Below are positions 51,770-64,000 of a DNA stretch of 64,000 bases, piece by piece. A model generated the notes under the pieces. The model saw nothing but the letters and a program-made list of their open reading frames with translations. It made no database searches and was not told the DNA's origin. This DNA comes from Mobula hypostoma (Eukaryota), in the NCBI RefSeq assembly GCF_963921235.1, contig NC_086108.1, forward strand, positions 112,718,001 through 112,782,000, written 5' to 3'. The translations under genes were made by a program, and so were the position numbers. Within the stretch, counting starts at the first letter, position 1. Each line of letters starts with the position of its first letter.

Positions 51770-52479
51770 TGTAGCCCCCCCCCCACCCCACCCCGCCCCC
51801 CAGGGTCGCTCTGCCCGCTGTCGTCTAGGGAAACAGCCCTCGGCCCCGCCAAACTGGGTAATTAGTTTGTGTGGATGCTGTGTGATGTACCCCACCCCGC
51901 CCAAATAACAGACAATACACCAGATACGATTAAATGATTTACAGTTTATAGATATTACTGGAACTATATAATTAATAGAGAATAAAATATAAAAGGAAAA
52001 TCAAAGGCGCCACACTTATCAAAGTTCAATCTCTTCGTGCACAAACAGTTGGAGCTCAGGACCCTTCTTCTTCACCCTGCGACCCCTCAGACCACCTCGA
52101 CTGGCCGCCTGGGACCAACAACGGTGGTCGACCGGACACTCCACACGAGTCCATCTCCGTCTCCTCTCCTAGCCGAACGCCCTCCTCGGGGTCCAACCCC
52201 GTTAGCGGACATCACAGCACCTGGTTCATTCTCTGTCCCTCTCTCCCACCTTCTGCCCCAAAACCCCACACATACAAATCTTCCAGATACACCAAAGTCA
52301 TAACAACTATCCCAATTGGTTCATTCGTCCACATATCAATAGATAATACAAAACAAACTGCTAGCGGGAAGGACTTTCTCAGCATTTAACATAACAAAGA
52401 AGCATTCCCAAGTATAACATAACAAAGAAGCCATTTTAACTAGCCTATGCAGTAACATAAGAGACGAAACCCCCTTACA
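51770..52479. mobile_element. Solo LTR, family A copy 2
   Basis: Termini TGTAGCCCC...CCTTACA with flanks TAAA/TAGA. Homologous to 34806-35522. Confidence 0.85.
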
Positions 52480-52499
52480 TAGATCAAATTTAAAAAATA

Positions 52500-53135
52500 A
52501 TAATAAATAAACAGGTAAATCAAACATGCAAAAACAAAAATACTGTATATTAAAAAAGTGAAGTTGTGTCCAAGGTTCAATGTACATTTGGGAATCAGAT
52601 GGCAGGGAGTGAGAAGCTGTTCCTGAGTCATTGAGTGTGTGCCTTCAGGCTTCTGTATCTCCTGCCTGATGGTAACAGTGAGAAAAGGGCATGCCCTGGG
52701 TGCTGGAGGTCCTTAATAATGGACGCTGCCTTTCTGAGGCACCGCTCCCTAAAGATGTCCTGGGAACTTTGTAGGCGAGTGCCCAGGATGGAGCTGACTA
52801 GATTTACAACCTCCTGCAGCTTCTTTCGGTCCTGTGCAGTAGCCCCTCCATACCAGACAGTGATGCGGCCTGTCAGAATGCTCTCCATGGTACAACTATA
52901 GAAGTTTTTGAGTGTATTTGTTGACATGCCAAATCTCTTCAAACTCCTAATGAAGTATAGCTGCTGTCTTGCCTTCTTTATAACTACATCGATATGTTGG
53001 GACCAGGTTAGATCCTCAGAGATCTTGACACCCAGGAGCTTGAAGCTGCTCACTCTCTCCACTTCTGATCCCTCTGAGGATTGGTATGTGTTCCTTTGTC
53101 TTGCCCTTCCTGAATCCACAATCAGCTCTTTCGCC
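52500..53135 (-). mobile_element. Rex1/Babar-type LINE 3' fragment
   Basis: VERVSSFKLLGVKISEDLTWSQH...KKARQQLYFIRSLKRFGM...ESILTGRITVWYG...PSGRRYRS. Confidence 0.85.
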
Positions 53136-53139
53136 TTAC

Positions 53140-53445
53140 TGTTTGAAGAAGGATGGCATCTCATTCGTTCTGGGATGAAAAGCCTCATCCTGAGAACAGA
53201 TGTGGTGGAGATGGAGGAATTGAGAGAAGAGGATTGCGCTTTTACAAGTAACAGGGTGGGAGGAATTATAGTCCAGGTAGCTGTGAGAGTCCGTGGGTTT
53301 GTAATAGACATCAGTAGATAAGATGTCTCCAGAGATAGAGGCAGAGATTGGGCAAGGGGAGGGAGGTGTCGGAAACGGACCAGGTAAACTTGAGGGCGGG
53401 GTGGAAGTTGGAGGCAAAGTGAATGAAGTCAATGAGTTCTGCCCT
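53140..53445 (-). mobile_element. Penelope-like RT fragment
   Basis: Encodes ISGDILSTDVYYKPTDSHSYLDYNSSHPVTCK...SQFLHL. Confidence 0.85.
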
Positions 53446-54699
53446 TGTCATCAATGAGTTCTGCATCGGACTGTAGAGTTTACAGAGAATGGTGCAAAAA
53501 AAAACAAAAGTCAGTTCAGGGGTGAAAACACCTTGTCAATGAGAGAGTCAGAGGAGAATGGCCAGACTGGTTCAAGCTGACTGGAAGGTGACAGCAACTC
53601 AAATAATTACTGATTTGGTTAATAATCTGCACTGTATAGTTTAAAGGGTCAGCACAACATAGTGGGCCAAAGGGCCTGTATTGCGCTATACTGTTATATG
53701 TTCTATATTCTACACCATTGCTATTTTCCCTCAATTGGAGGGCAAGATTTGCCTTCATTATCTTGTCTATTTAAGTGTATATCTGAATGGTTCTTAATTG
53801 TTCAGTACTGACTAACTGATTCCGTCACCTCCTCTGGCAGTGAGATCCAGTTGTCAGACACATTCCATGTAAAAAAAACTTTATACACAATAGTAAACCT
53901 ACGTCAGGCTGCTGTTTATCAATTACAGCTCAGTGTTCAACACAATCATACCCTCAGTTCTAATCAAAAAGCTCCAAAACCTGGGCTTGTGTAACTGGAT
54001 CCCTAATTTACTCACCAGATGACCACAGTCAGTGCAGATTGGTAATAACACCTCTTCCTCACTGACGATCAACACTGGTGCACCTCAGGGATGTGTGCTT
54101 AGCCCACTGCTCTACTCTCTCTATACCCATGACTGTGTGGCTAGGCACAGCTAAAACGCCACCTATAAATTTGCAGATGACACAACTACTGTTGACAGAA
54201 TCTCAGATGGTAATAAGAGGGCGTACAGGAGTGAGATAGATCAGCTGGTTCAGTGGTGTCACAGCAACAATATTGCACTCAACATCAGTACAACCAGGGA
54301 ATTGATTGTGGACTTCAAGAGGAGAAATTGAAAGAACACGTCGAGGGATCAGCAGTACACAGGGTGAGCATTTTCAAGTTCCTGAGTGTCAACGTCTCTG
54401 AGGATCTACCTAATTATAGGAATAATTATAAAAGATTATAGGAAGAGGTACAGTATTGGGAACCTGATGGTTGTAGCGTTGATGGGTTGAAGGGTGAGAG
54501 ATACATTAGGAATCTGAGGGTAGCTTCTTCATGCAGAGGGTGGTCTGTAGATGGAACAAGCTTCTGGAAGAAGTGGTGGGTGGGAGTGCAGGATAACATT
54601 TAAAAGATGTGGATAAAAACATGGAGAGGAATGGATTGCAAGATTTGCATAACTTCATGTGCAGGGATACTTTGGGGATATGTGCATACTGAGGAATGT

Positions 54700-57600
54700 T
54701 TTAGAACATAAGACGTAGACGAAGAATTAGGCCATTTGGCCCATCAGGTCTACTCCATCGTTCCATCATGGCTAATTTATTATCCCTTTCAACACCATTC
54801 TTCTTTTTCTCCCTGTAACTTTTGATGCCCTGATTAATCAAAAACCTATCAATCTCTACTTTAAATATACTCAATGATATGGCCTCTACAGCCAGCTGTG
54901 GCAACACATTCCACAGATTCACCACTCTCTGGCTAAAGAAATTCCTCCTCATCTTCATTCCAAATGGACGTCCCTCCAGTCTGAGGCTGTGCCCTCTGGT
55001 CCAAGATTCACTCACTATACGAAATATCCTCCCTACATCCACTCTATGAAATTTCCTCCCCACATCTGCTCTATCCAAATCTTTGAATATTCAATAGGTT
55101 TCGATGAGATTCCCCCCCCCCATTCTTCTAAACACCAATAAGAAGAGGCCCACAGACATCAAACAATCCTCCCATATTAACTCTTTCATTCCCGAAATTC
55201 TCATGAATCTCCTCTGGACTTCCTCCAATGCCAGCACATCTTTTCTTCGATTAGGGACACAAAACTGTTCACAATACTCCAAGTACGGTCAGACCAATGC
55301 CTTGTAAAGCCTCAGCCTTATATCTTTGCTTTTGTATTCTAGACCCCTCGGAATTAATGCTAACATTGCATTTGCCTTTCTTACCACCAACTCAACCTGC
55401 AAGTTAACCTTTAGGGAACCCTGCATGAGGAGTCCCAAGTCTCTTTGCACCTCTGATTTTTGAATTTTCTCCCCATTTAGAAAATAGTCTACACCTTCAT
55501 TTCTTCCACAAAAGTGCATGACAATACACTTTCTGAAACTGTGTTCCATCTGCCACTTCTTTGCCCACTCACCCAATCTGTCTAAGTCCTTCTGCAGACT
55601 CCCTGTTTCCTCAACACCACTTGCCCTTCAACCTATCTTTGTATCATCAACAAAGCAATCAATTCCCATCATCCAAATCATTGACATATAATGTGAAAAG
55701 AAGTGGTCCCAACACCCGCCTCTGTGGACCACTGGCAGCCAAACAGCAGAGGCTTCATTCCCACTCTTTGGATACTGTCAATCATCTAATGTTAGTACCT
55801 TTCCTGTAATACTATGGCTCTTATCTTGTTAAGCAGCCTCACGTGAGGCACCTTGTCAAAAGCCTTCTGAAAATCCAAGTAAACATCATCCACAGACTGT
55901 CTAACCTGCTTGTTATTTCCTCAAAGAATTCCAACAGAGTTTTTTAGGCAACATTTCTCCTTATGGAAACCACGCTGAATTTTGTCTACTTTATCATCTG
56001 CCTCCAAGTGCACCTGACACCTCATTGTTAACAGTCAACTCCAACATCTTCCCAGCCATTGAGGTCAGACTAACTGGTCTATAATTTCCTTTCTTCTGCC
56101 TCCCTCCCTTCTTGAAGAGTGAAGTGATATTTGCAATTTTCCATGTTCCAGGACCATTCCAGAATCTAGTGATTCTTGAAAGGTCATTACTAATGCCTCC
56201 ACGATCTCTTCAGCCACATCTTTCAGAACCCTAGCGTGCAGTCCATCTGGTCCAGATGATACTTTCACCTTTCATCTTCCCAAGCACCTTCTCCTTAGTA
56301 ATAGCAGCAACAGTCATTGCTGCCCCTTGATACTCTCGAATTTCCGGCAAGCTGCTAGCATCTTCTATAGCGAATACTGACGCAAAATACTATACAGTTT
56401 GTCCACCATTTCTTTGTCCCCCTTGACTACCACTCCAGTGTCATTTTCCAGCAGTCCGATATCCACTCTTGCCTCGCTTTTACTCTTTATTTATCTGAAA
56501 AACCTTTTGGTATCCTCTTTTATATTATTGACTAGCTTTCTGTGGTTTTTAAAGGCTTCTGAATCCTCTAACCTCACCAATTTTGCTCTTATGTCGTCAT
56601 TAACTTTCCTTGTCAGCTGTGGTTGCAGCATCCTGCCTTTAACATAAGAACATAAGAAATAGGAGCAGGAGTCGGCCATCTGGCCCATCGAGCCTGCTCC
56701 ACCATTCAATAAGATCATGGCTGATCTGGCCATGGACTCATCTCCACCTATCTGCCTTTTCCCCATAACCCTTAATTCCCCTACAATGCCAAAATCTATC
56801 CAACTTTGTCTTAAATACATTTACTGAGGTAGCCTCCACTGCTTCATTGGGCAGAGATTTCCACAGATCCACCACTCTCTGGGAAAAGCAGTTCCTCCTC
56901 ATCTCCGTCCTAAATCTACTCCCCCCAGTCCTGAGACTAGAACCATCCCCTGTCCCCTAGAAACAGCTCTCCTGCCTCTATCTTATCTATCCCGTTCATA
57001 ATTTTATGTTTCTATAAGATCTCCTCTCATTTTTCTGAATTCCAGCGAGTACAGTCCCAGTCAACTGAATCTCTACTCATATGCTAACCACACCCCCTCA
57101 TCTCTGGAATCAACCTGGTGAACCTCCTCTGCACTGCCTCCAAAGCCAGTATATCCCTCCTCAAGTAAGGAGACCAGAACTGCACACAGTACTCCATGTG
57201 CGGCCTCACCAGTACTCTGTATAGTTGCAGTATAATCTCCCTGCTCTTAAATTCAATCCCTCTAGCAATGAAAGCCAACATTTCATTTGCCTTCCTGATA
57301 GCCTGCTGCACCTGCAAACCAACATTTGTGATTCATGCACAAACACTCACAAGTCCCTCTGCACAGCAGCGTGCTGCAATTTTCTAACATTTAACAATAA
57401 TCTGCTCTTTCAATTTTCCTTCTAAAGTGGATGACCTCGCATTTACCAATTGTACTTCATCTGCCAGACCCTTGCCCACTCACTTAACCTATCTATATCT
57501 CTCTGCAGACTCTTCTGCACAATTTGCTTTTCCACTCAGTTTAGGATCATCATCAAACTTAGATACACTACACTCGGTCCCCTTTTCCAGCTCGTTATAT

Positions 57601-60255
57601 ATCATGAACAGTTAGGGGCCCAGCAGCAACCCCTACAGCACCCCACTCACCGCTGATTGTCAACCGGAGTAACACCCATATATCCCAACTCTCTGCTTTC
57701 TATTGGTTAACCAATCCTCCATCCATGCTAATAGATCAGCCCAACTCTATGCATCCTTATCTTATGGATGAGTCTTTTATGTGGCACCTTATCGAATGCC
57801 TTCTGGAAATCCAAGTAAATAACGTCCATCTGTTACCCTCTATCTACGTTTGTTGTATCCACTGTGCTTGTTATATCCTCAGAGAACTCCAGTAAGTTTG
57901 TCAAACAGGACCTGCCTTTGCTGAATCCACGTTGCGTCTGCCTGATGGGTCAATTTCTTTCCAGATGTCTCGCTATTTCTTCTTTAATGATAGCTTCAAG
58001 CATTTTCCCCAACTACACAGATGTTAAACTAACTGGCCCATAGTTACCTGCCTTTTGCCTACATCCTTTTTTGAACAGTGGTGTGACAGTGATGAATACT
58101 TCTTCATCACAGGGATACGCCTATCCTGTGCCTTCTGGATTGCTTCCAAAAACACTCTGCCATCATCCTTGTTAGTGTTCCCTTCCGATTAATTTTGGCC
58201 AGCTCCGTCTCGTGTCTTTGTATTTCTCTTTACTCCACTGTAACACTGATATATCTGGCTTTATCTTCTCCCTCTCAAACTGCAGGGTGAATTCTACCTC
58301 TGCCTCATTAGGGTTTATTCACCTTAATCGAATGTGGTTCATTACACAACACCCAATCCAGAATTGCCTTTCTGCAGTGGGCTCAACCACGAGCTGCTCT
58401 AAAAAGCCATCTTGTAGGCAGTCTACAAATTCCCTCTCTTGGGATCCAGCAGCAACCTGATTTTCCCAATGTAGCAGCATTTTGAAATCCCCCATGACTA
58501 TTGTAACATTGCCCTTTTGACATGCCTTTTTTCTGTAATTTGTAGCCCACATTCTGGCTACCGTTCAGAGATCTGTATATAACTTCCATCAGGGTCTCTT
58601 TACCCTTGGAGTGGCTTAGCTCTATCCACAAGGATCCTACATCTTCCGATCCCATGTCACCCTGTTCTAAGGGTTTATATAGAACGTAGAACAGTACAGC
58701 ACAGGATCAGGCCATTCAGCTCATAACGTTGAGCTGAGCCCACTAAACAGCAAATCAAAGCCACCCACTCACCACTAATTCCTCCATATTCCCTCACATC
58801 CATGTGCTTATCCAAACATTTCTTAACAGCCTCTAACGTATTTGCCTCTACCATCATACCAGGCAGTGCTTTCCACGCATCCACCACTCTGAGTGAAAAA
58901 CTTACCCCTCTCACCCCCTTTCAACTACCCCTCTCTCACCTTCAACACAAGCCTTCAGGTATTAGACATCGCTACCCTGGGAAACAGATACTCTCTATCT
59001 ACTCTATCTATGCCTCTTGTAATCTTATAAACCTCTATCAGATCTCCCCTCCACCTCCAGAGAAAACAACCCAAGTTTATCCAGCCTCTCATGATAGCCC
59101 ATGCCCTCTAAACCAGGCAGCTTCCTGGTGAACTCCTCTGCACCAACAGAGCCACCCCACGTACCTGCCTGTCCTTTCAATATACTTTACTTTATTGTTA
59201 CCAAACAATTGATACTAGAGTGTACAGTCATCACAGCGATATTTGATTCTGCGCTTCGCGCTCCCTGGAGTACAAATCGATAGTAAATGGTAAAAATTTA
59301 AATTATAAATCATAAATAGAAAATAGAAAAGGGAAAGTAAGGTAATGCAAAGAACCGAGAGGCAGGTCTGGATATTTGGAGGGTACGGCCCAGGTGTGTA
59401 GCCTTGGATGTTAAGCTCCCAACTATGATCTTTCAGCTATGATTCAGTGACGCCCACCTCATACCTGCCAATCTTTTCCTGTGCTACAAGATCATCTGCC
59501 TTATTCCATACACTCCGTGTATTCAGTATAAAACCTTCAGCCCAGCATTCATCACCATTTTTGACTTTGCCGCCAATGTTACACTTCAACTCATCCCACT
59601 GACGGCAATTTTTCCCAATCACCTGCCTGTCCTTCCTCACAGTCTCACTACACACTACATTTAGTTGTATACCAACTGCCCCATCCTCAGCCCTATCACT
59701 CTGGTTCCCATCCCCTGTCAAATTAGTTTACACCCTCCCCAACAGCTCTAACAAACCTGCCTGCAAGGACATTGCTCCCCGTCAGGTTCAGATCTAACTC
59801 ATCCTTTTTGTACCGGTCACATCTTCCCCAGAAGAGATCCCAGTGATCCAGAAATCTGATTCTATGCCCCCCTGCACCAGTTTCTCAGCCAGATCATCTC
59901 ATTCTTAACCTTACCGGTGCGTGCCACAAACAGCAATCCAGTGATTACTACCCTAGAAGTCCTGCTTTTCACGTTTCTGCCATAGTCCCTATATTGTCTC
60001 TTCAGGACCCCCTCCCTTTTCCTGCCTATGTCATTGATACAAATATGTAGCACAACTTCTGACTGTTCACCCACCCTTTTAGAATGCTGTGGACCCAGTC
60101 CAAGACATCCTTGACCCTGGCACTTGGCAGACAACATATCATCTGGGCATCTCTTTCACATCCACAGAATCTCCTGTCCACTCCCCTAACTATGGAATCT
60201 CTGTCAGTATTGTAGCTCTCTTCTCCCTTCACTTTCCTTCTGAGCCACAGAGCCA
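54700..60255 (-). mobile_element. Cluster of nested degenerate CR1 LINEs (outer element with inner copies at ~56641-58080 and ~58675-59140, and a Rex1-type 3' end at ~59180-59392)
   Basis: Multiple minus-strand CR1 ORF1/ORF2 pieces (RNFFSQRVVNLWN, GPDGLHARVLK, VRPHMEYCVQFWSP, VVLHICINDIG). Short-repeat 3' tails at ~54700, ~56641 and ~58680. Confidence 0.85.
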
Positions 60256-63200
60256 GAACATAGAACATAGAATAGTACAGCACAGTACAGGCCCTTCGGC
60301 CCACAATGTTGAGCTAACCCTCAAACCCTGCCTCCCATATAACCCCTCACCTTAAATTCCTCCATATACCTGTCTAGTAGTCTCTTAAATTTCACTAGTG
60401 TATCTGCCTCCACCACTGACTCAGGCAGTGCATTCCACGCACCAAACACTCTCTGAGTAAAAAACCTTCCTCTAATATGCCCCTTGAACTTCCCACCCCT
60501 TATCTTAAAGCCATGTCCTCTTGTATTGAGCAGTGGTGCCCTGGGGAAGAGGCACTGGCTGTCCACTCTATCTTAATATCTCTAACATGTCTCCTCTCAT
60601 CCTCCTTCTCTCCAAAGAGTGAAGCCCAATCTCCCTTGATCTCTGATCATAATGCATACTCTCTAAACCAGGCAGCATCCTGGTAAATCTCCTCTGTACC
60701 CTTTCCAATGCTTCCACATCCTTCATATAGTGAGGCGACCAGAACTGGACACAGTACTCCAAGTGTGGCCTAACCAGAGTTTTATAGAGCTGCATCATTA
60801 CCCCACGACTCTTAAACTCTATCCCTCTACTTGTGAAAATTAACACCCCAAAAGCTTTCTTAACAACCTTATCTACCTGTGAGGCAATTTCAGGGATCTA
60901 TGGACATGTACCCCCAGATCCCTCTGCTCCTCCACACTCCCAAGTATCCTGCCATTTACTTTGTACTCTGCCTTGGAGTTTGTCCTTCCAAAGTGTAGCA
61001 CCTCACACTTCTCCGGGTTCAACTCCATCTGCCACTTCTCAGCCCACTTCTGCATCCTATCAATGTCTTTCTGCAATCTTCGACAATCCTCTACACTATC
61101 TACAACACAACCAAACTATGTGTCGTCTGCAAACTTGCCAACCCACCCCTCTACCTCCACATCCAAGTCATTAATAAAAATCATGAAAAGTAGAGGTCCC
61201 AGAACCGATCCTTGTGGGACACCACTAGTCACAATCCTCCAATCTGAATGTACTCCCTCCACCACCACCCTCTGCCTTCTGCAGGCAAGCCAATTCTGAA
61301 TCCACCTGGCCAAACTTCCCTGGATCCCATGCCTTCTGACTTTCTGAATAAGCCTACCATGTGGAACCTCGTCAAATGCCTTACTAAAATCCATGCATAT
61401 CACATCCACTGCACTACCCTCATCAATATGCCTGCTCACCTCCTCAAAGAACTCTATCAGGCTTGTTAGACACGATCTGCCCTTCACAAAGCCATGCTGA
61501 CTGTCCCTGATCAGACCATGATTCTCTAAATGCCCATAGATCCTATCTCTAAGAATCTTTTCCAACAGCTTTCCCACCACAGACGTAAGGTTCACTGGTC
61601 TATAATTACCCGAACTATCCCGACTACCTTATTTGAACAAGGGGACAACATTTGCCTCCCTCCAAGCTTCCGGTACCATTCCCGTGGACAACGAGGACAT
61701 GAAGATTCTAGCCAGAGGCTCAGCAATCTCTTCCCTCACCTTGTGGAGCAGCCTGGAGAATATTCCATCAGGCCTTGGGGAGTTATCTGTCCTAATGTAT
61801 ATTAACAACTCCAACACCTCCTCTCCCTTAATATCAACCTCACTCATATTGTCCTCACCGTCATCAAGTTCTCTCCCATTGGTGAATACCGAAGAGAAGT
61901 ATTCATTGAGGACCTTGCTCACTTCCACAGCCTCCAGGCACATCTTCCCACCTTTATCTCTAATCGGTCCTACCTTCACTCCTGTCATCATTTTGTTCTT
62001 CACATAATTGAAGAATGCCTTGGGGTTTTCCTTTACCCTACTCGCCAAGGCCTTCTCATGCCCCTTTCTTGCTCTCCTCAGCCCCTTCTTAAGCTCCTTT
62101 CTTGCTACCCTATATTCCTCAATAGACCCCTCTGATCCTTGCTTCCTAAACCTCATGTATGCTGCCTTCTTCCACCTGACTAGATTTTCCACCTCACTTG
62201 TCACCCATGGTTCCTTCACCCTACCATTCTTTATCTTCCTCACCGGGACAAATTTATCCCTAACATCCATCAAGAGATCCCTAAACATCAACCACATGTC
62301 CACAGTACATTTCCCTGCAAAAACATCATCCCAATTCACACCCACAAGTTCCAGCCTTATAGCTTCATAATTTGCCCTTCCCCAATTAAAAATTTTCCTG
62401 TCCTCTCTGATTCCATCCTTTTCCATGATAATGCTAAAGGCCAGGGAGCGGTGGTCACTGTCCCCCAGGTGCTCACTCACTGAGAGATCTGTGACCTGAC
62501 CCAGTTCGTTACCTAATATTAGATCTAGTATGACATTCCCCCAGTTGGCTTGTCAATATATTGTGACAGGAATCTGTCCTGGGCACACGTAACAAACTCT
62601 GCCCCGTCTAAACCATTGGAACTAATCAGGTGCCAATCAGTATTAGGGAAGTGAAAGTTACCCATGATAACAACCCTGTTATTTTTGCACCTTTCCAAAA
62701 TCTGACTCCCAGTCTGCTCCTCGGTATCTCTGCTGCTACCAGGGGGCCTATAGAATACCCCCAGTAGAGTAACTGCTCCCTTCCAGAGACCTTCGTTGTG
62801 GCTTCCCCTTTGTAGGTCGTTCCTCAACAACCCCCCACCCCCAAACTGCATCCAAAGCTGAATACTTATTATTGAGCAGAACGGTCTCAGGGATATTCTA
62901 CACTATCTGCACATTCCTTTTCCCTCTGCTGACAGTCACCCAGGCACCTTCCTCCTGCAACCTTGGCATGATTCCCTCCCTGTGGTTCCTGTCTATCACC
63001 CCCTCATTCTCCCATATGAGCCAAAGGTCATCCAGTTACACCTCCAATTCCTTAACACAGTTACTGAGGTGCTGCAACTCGGTGTACTTCATGATGCAGT
63101 TATCAGGGACAGCGGAGGTCTCCCAACGTTCCCACATCTCACACAGGAAATATACCACTAACCCATTCTCAGCTATGTACTAACAGAAAAAAAAACTTAC

Positions 63201-63290
63201 TTAGAGCCCGCACCTGCGCTTGTCCAAGCCTGTTGACCCAAAGCTGGACCACTCTAACACTGGCTTTCTCCAACAAAGTCGCTCCATTTG
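60256..63290 (-). mobile_element. Relatively young CR1 LINE with internal deletions
   Basis: (CATAGAA)n tail at ~60256. ORF 61116..61595 has [36 protein letters not shown] and FADDT. ORF 61629..62480 starts HLGDSDH. Confidence 0.92.
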
Positions 63291-63486
63291 AGGGATATGG
63301 GCCACATGTGGCCAATTGGGACCAGCTTAGATAGGAACCTTTTATATCATGGACATGTTGGGCTGAAAGGCCTGTTTTCCAGCTTTGAGAGTCTATGATT
63401 GTAAAATGCTTGCGACTTGCTGAGGTTGAGAAAGGTGCTATAGAGTTACCAGTCAGGTTGCCTGACATTGTATGATGGTGGTGGCT

Positions 63487-63505
63487 GACTGCCCTCTAGT
63501 GGCTG
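63487..63505 (-). promoter_or_regulatory. Candidate CTCF binding site
   Basis: Minus strand GCCACTAGAGGGCAG matches the CTCF core consensus CCASYAGRKGGCRS. Confidence 0.5.
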
Positions 63506-63819
63506 TGTGGAAATAAGTTATAGACGGGTTTATTCAGGGGCTGCAGAACAAGTGGCAGCCGACTGTCTTGGGTCCGTTTGTGGTTTGTCTGTAGTCTGTC
63601 TGTGGTTTGTCTGTGGACTGTCTATGGATTGCCTGCGATTGGCCTGGGGTCTGTCTGTGACCTGCCTATGGCCTGTCTACGGGCTCCTTTGGATTTTCAG
63701 TGAACTATCTGCAGAATGTCTTCAGAATGTCTGGACTGGACTGTTCGTGATCAGTCTGCAGGAAGTCTGTAGGCTGTGGATTAAATATTAGCTTCATTTC
63801 TCAAACGTTCATCAAGAAG

Positions 63820-64000
63820 GCAGTAATAAGAACTAGTGGTGGGAATTCACCAGAAGTTGAGATCCAAAAAGAGGTTCGCTAGGGCTGCATTATCTCCCCT
63901 TTATTATTTAACATTTACTCAGAGGTTATCTTCAGGGTGTTGAACGATGAAGCTGGTGTCCAAATTGGTGGAGTGACGGTGAACAACTCGAGGTATGCAG
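63820..64000 (+). mobile_element. RTE-clade RT fragment running off the window
   Basis: Translates EVEIQKEVR*GCIISPLLFNIYSEVIF...GVQIGGVTVNNSRYA. Confidence 0.8.

Noticed and set aside
34806..52479. Full-length provirus bounded by two LTRs
   Set aside because: Each LTR has its own flanking duplication, and there is no gag/pol/env, PBS or PPT between them.

Overview
Vertebrate genomic DNA, most likely a cartilaginous fish (inferred from CR1/Rex1/RTE/Penelope-dominated repeats and HE1/V-SINE-type SINEs). The only host coding sequence I can support is the first coding exon of ddah1 (21137-21427, minus strand) in a CpG island; almost everything else is decayed retroelements. The standout structure is a ~6.4 kb near-identical inverted duplication (13879-20312 vs 38829-45249). 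One arm lies in ddah1 intron 1 and the other upstream, so the pair brackets the promoter and exon 1 in an 18.5 kb potentially invertible spacer. The junctions can be read: the left arm is the donor, the outer junction lies in Penelope homology, and the inner junction splits a CR1 that resumes at ~46247. The arms carry one diverged island, suggesting gene conversion. Penelope ends carry minimal type I hammerhead ribozyme motifs. Several 160-215 bp TSD-flanked hairpin insertions have their inversion junctions at the ribozyme. Also present: a 5'-inverted RTE insertion, four solo LTRs, CORE-SINEs with different tails, minisatellites and a CTCF-like site. Repeat family names come from motif recognition only, and repeat boundaries without TSDs are approximate.
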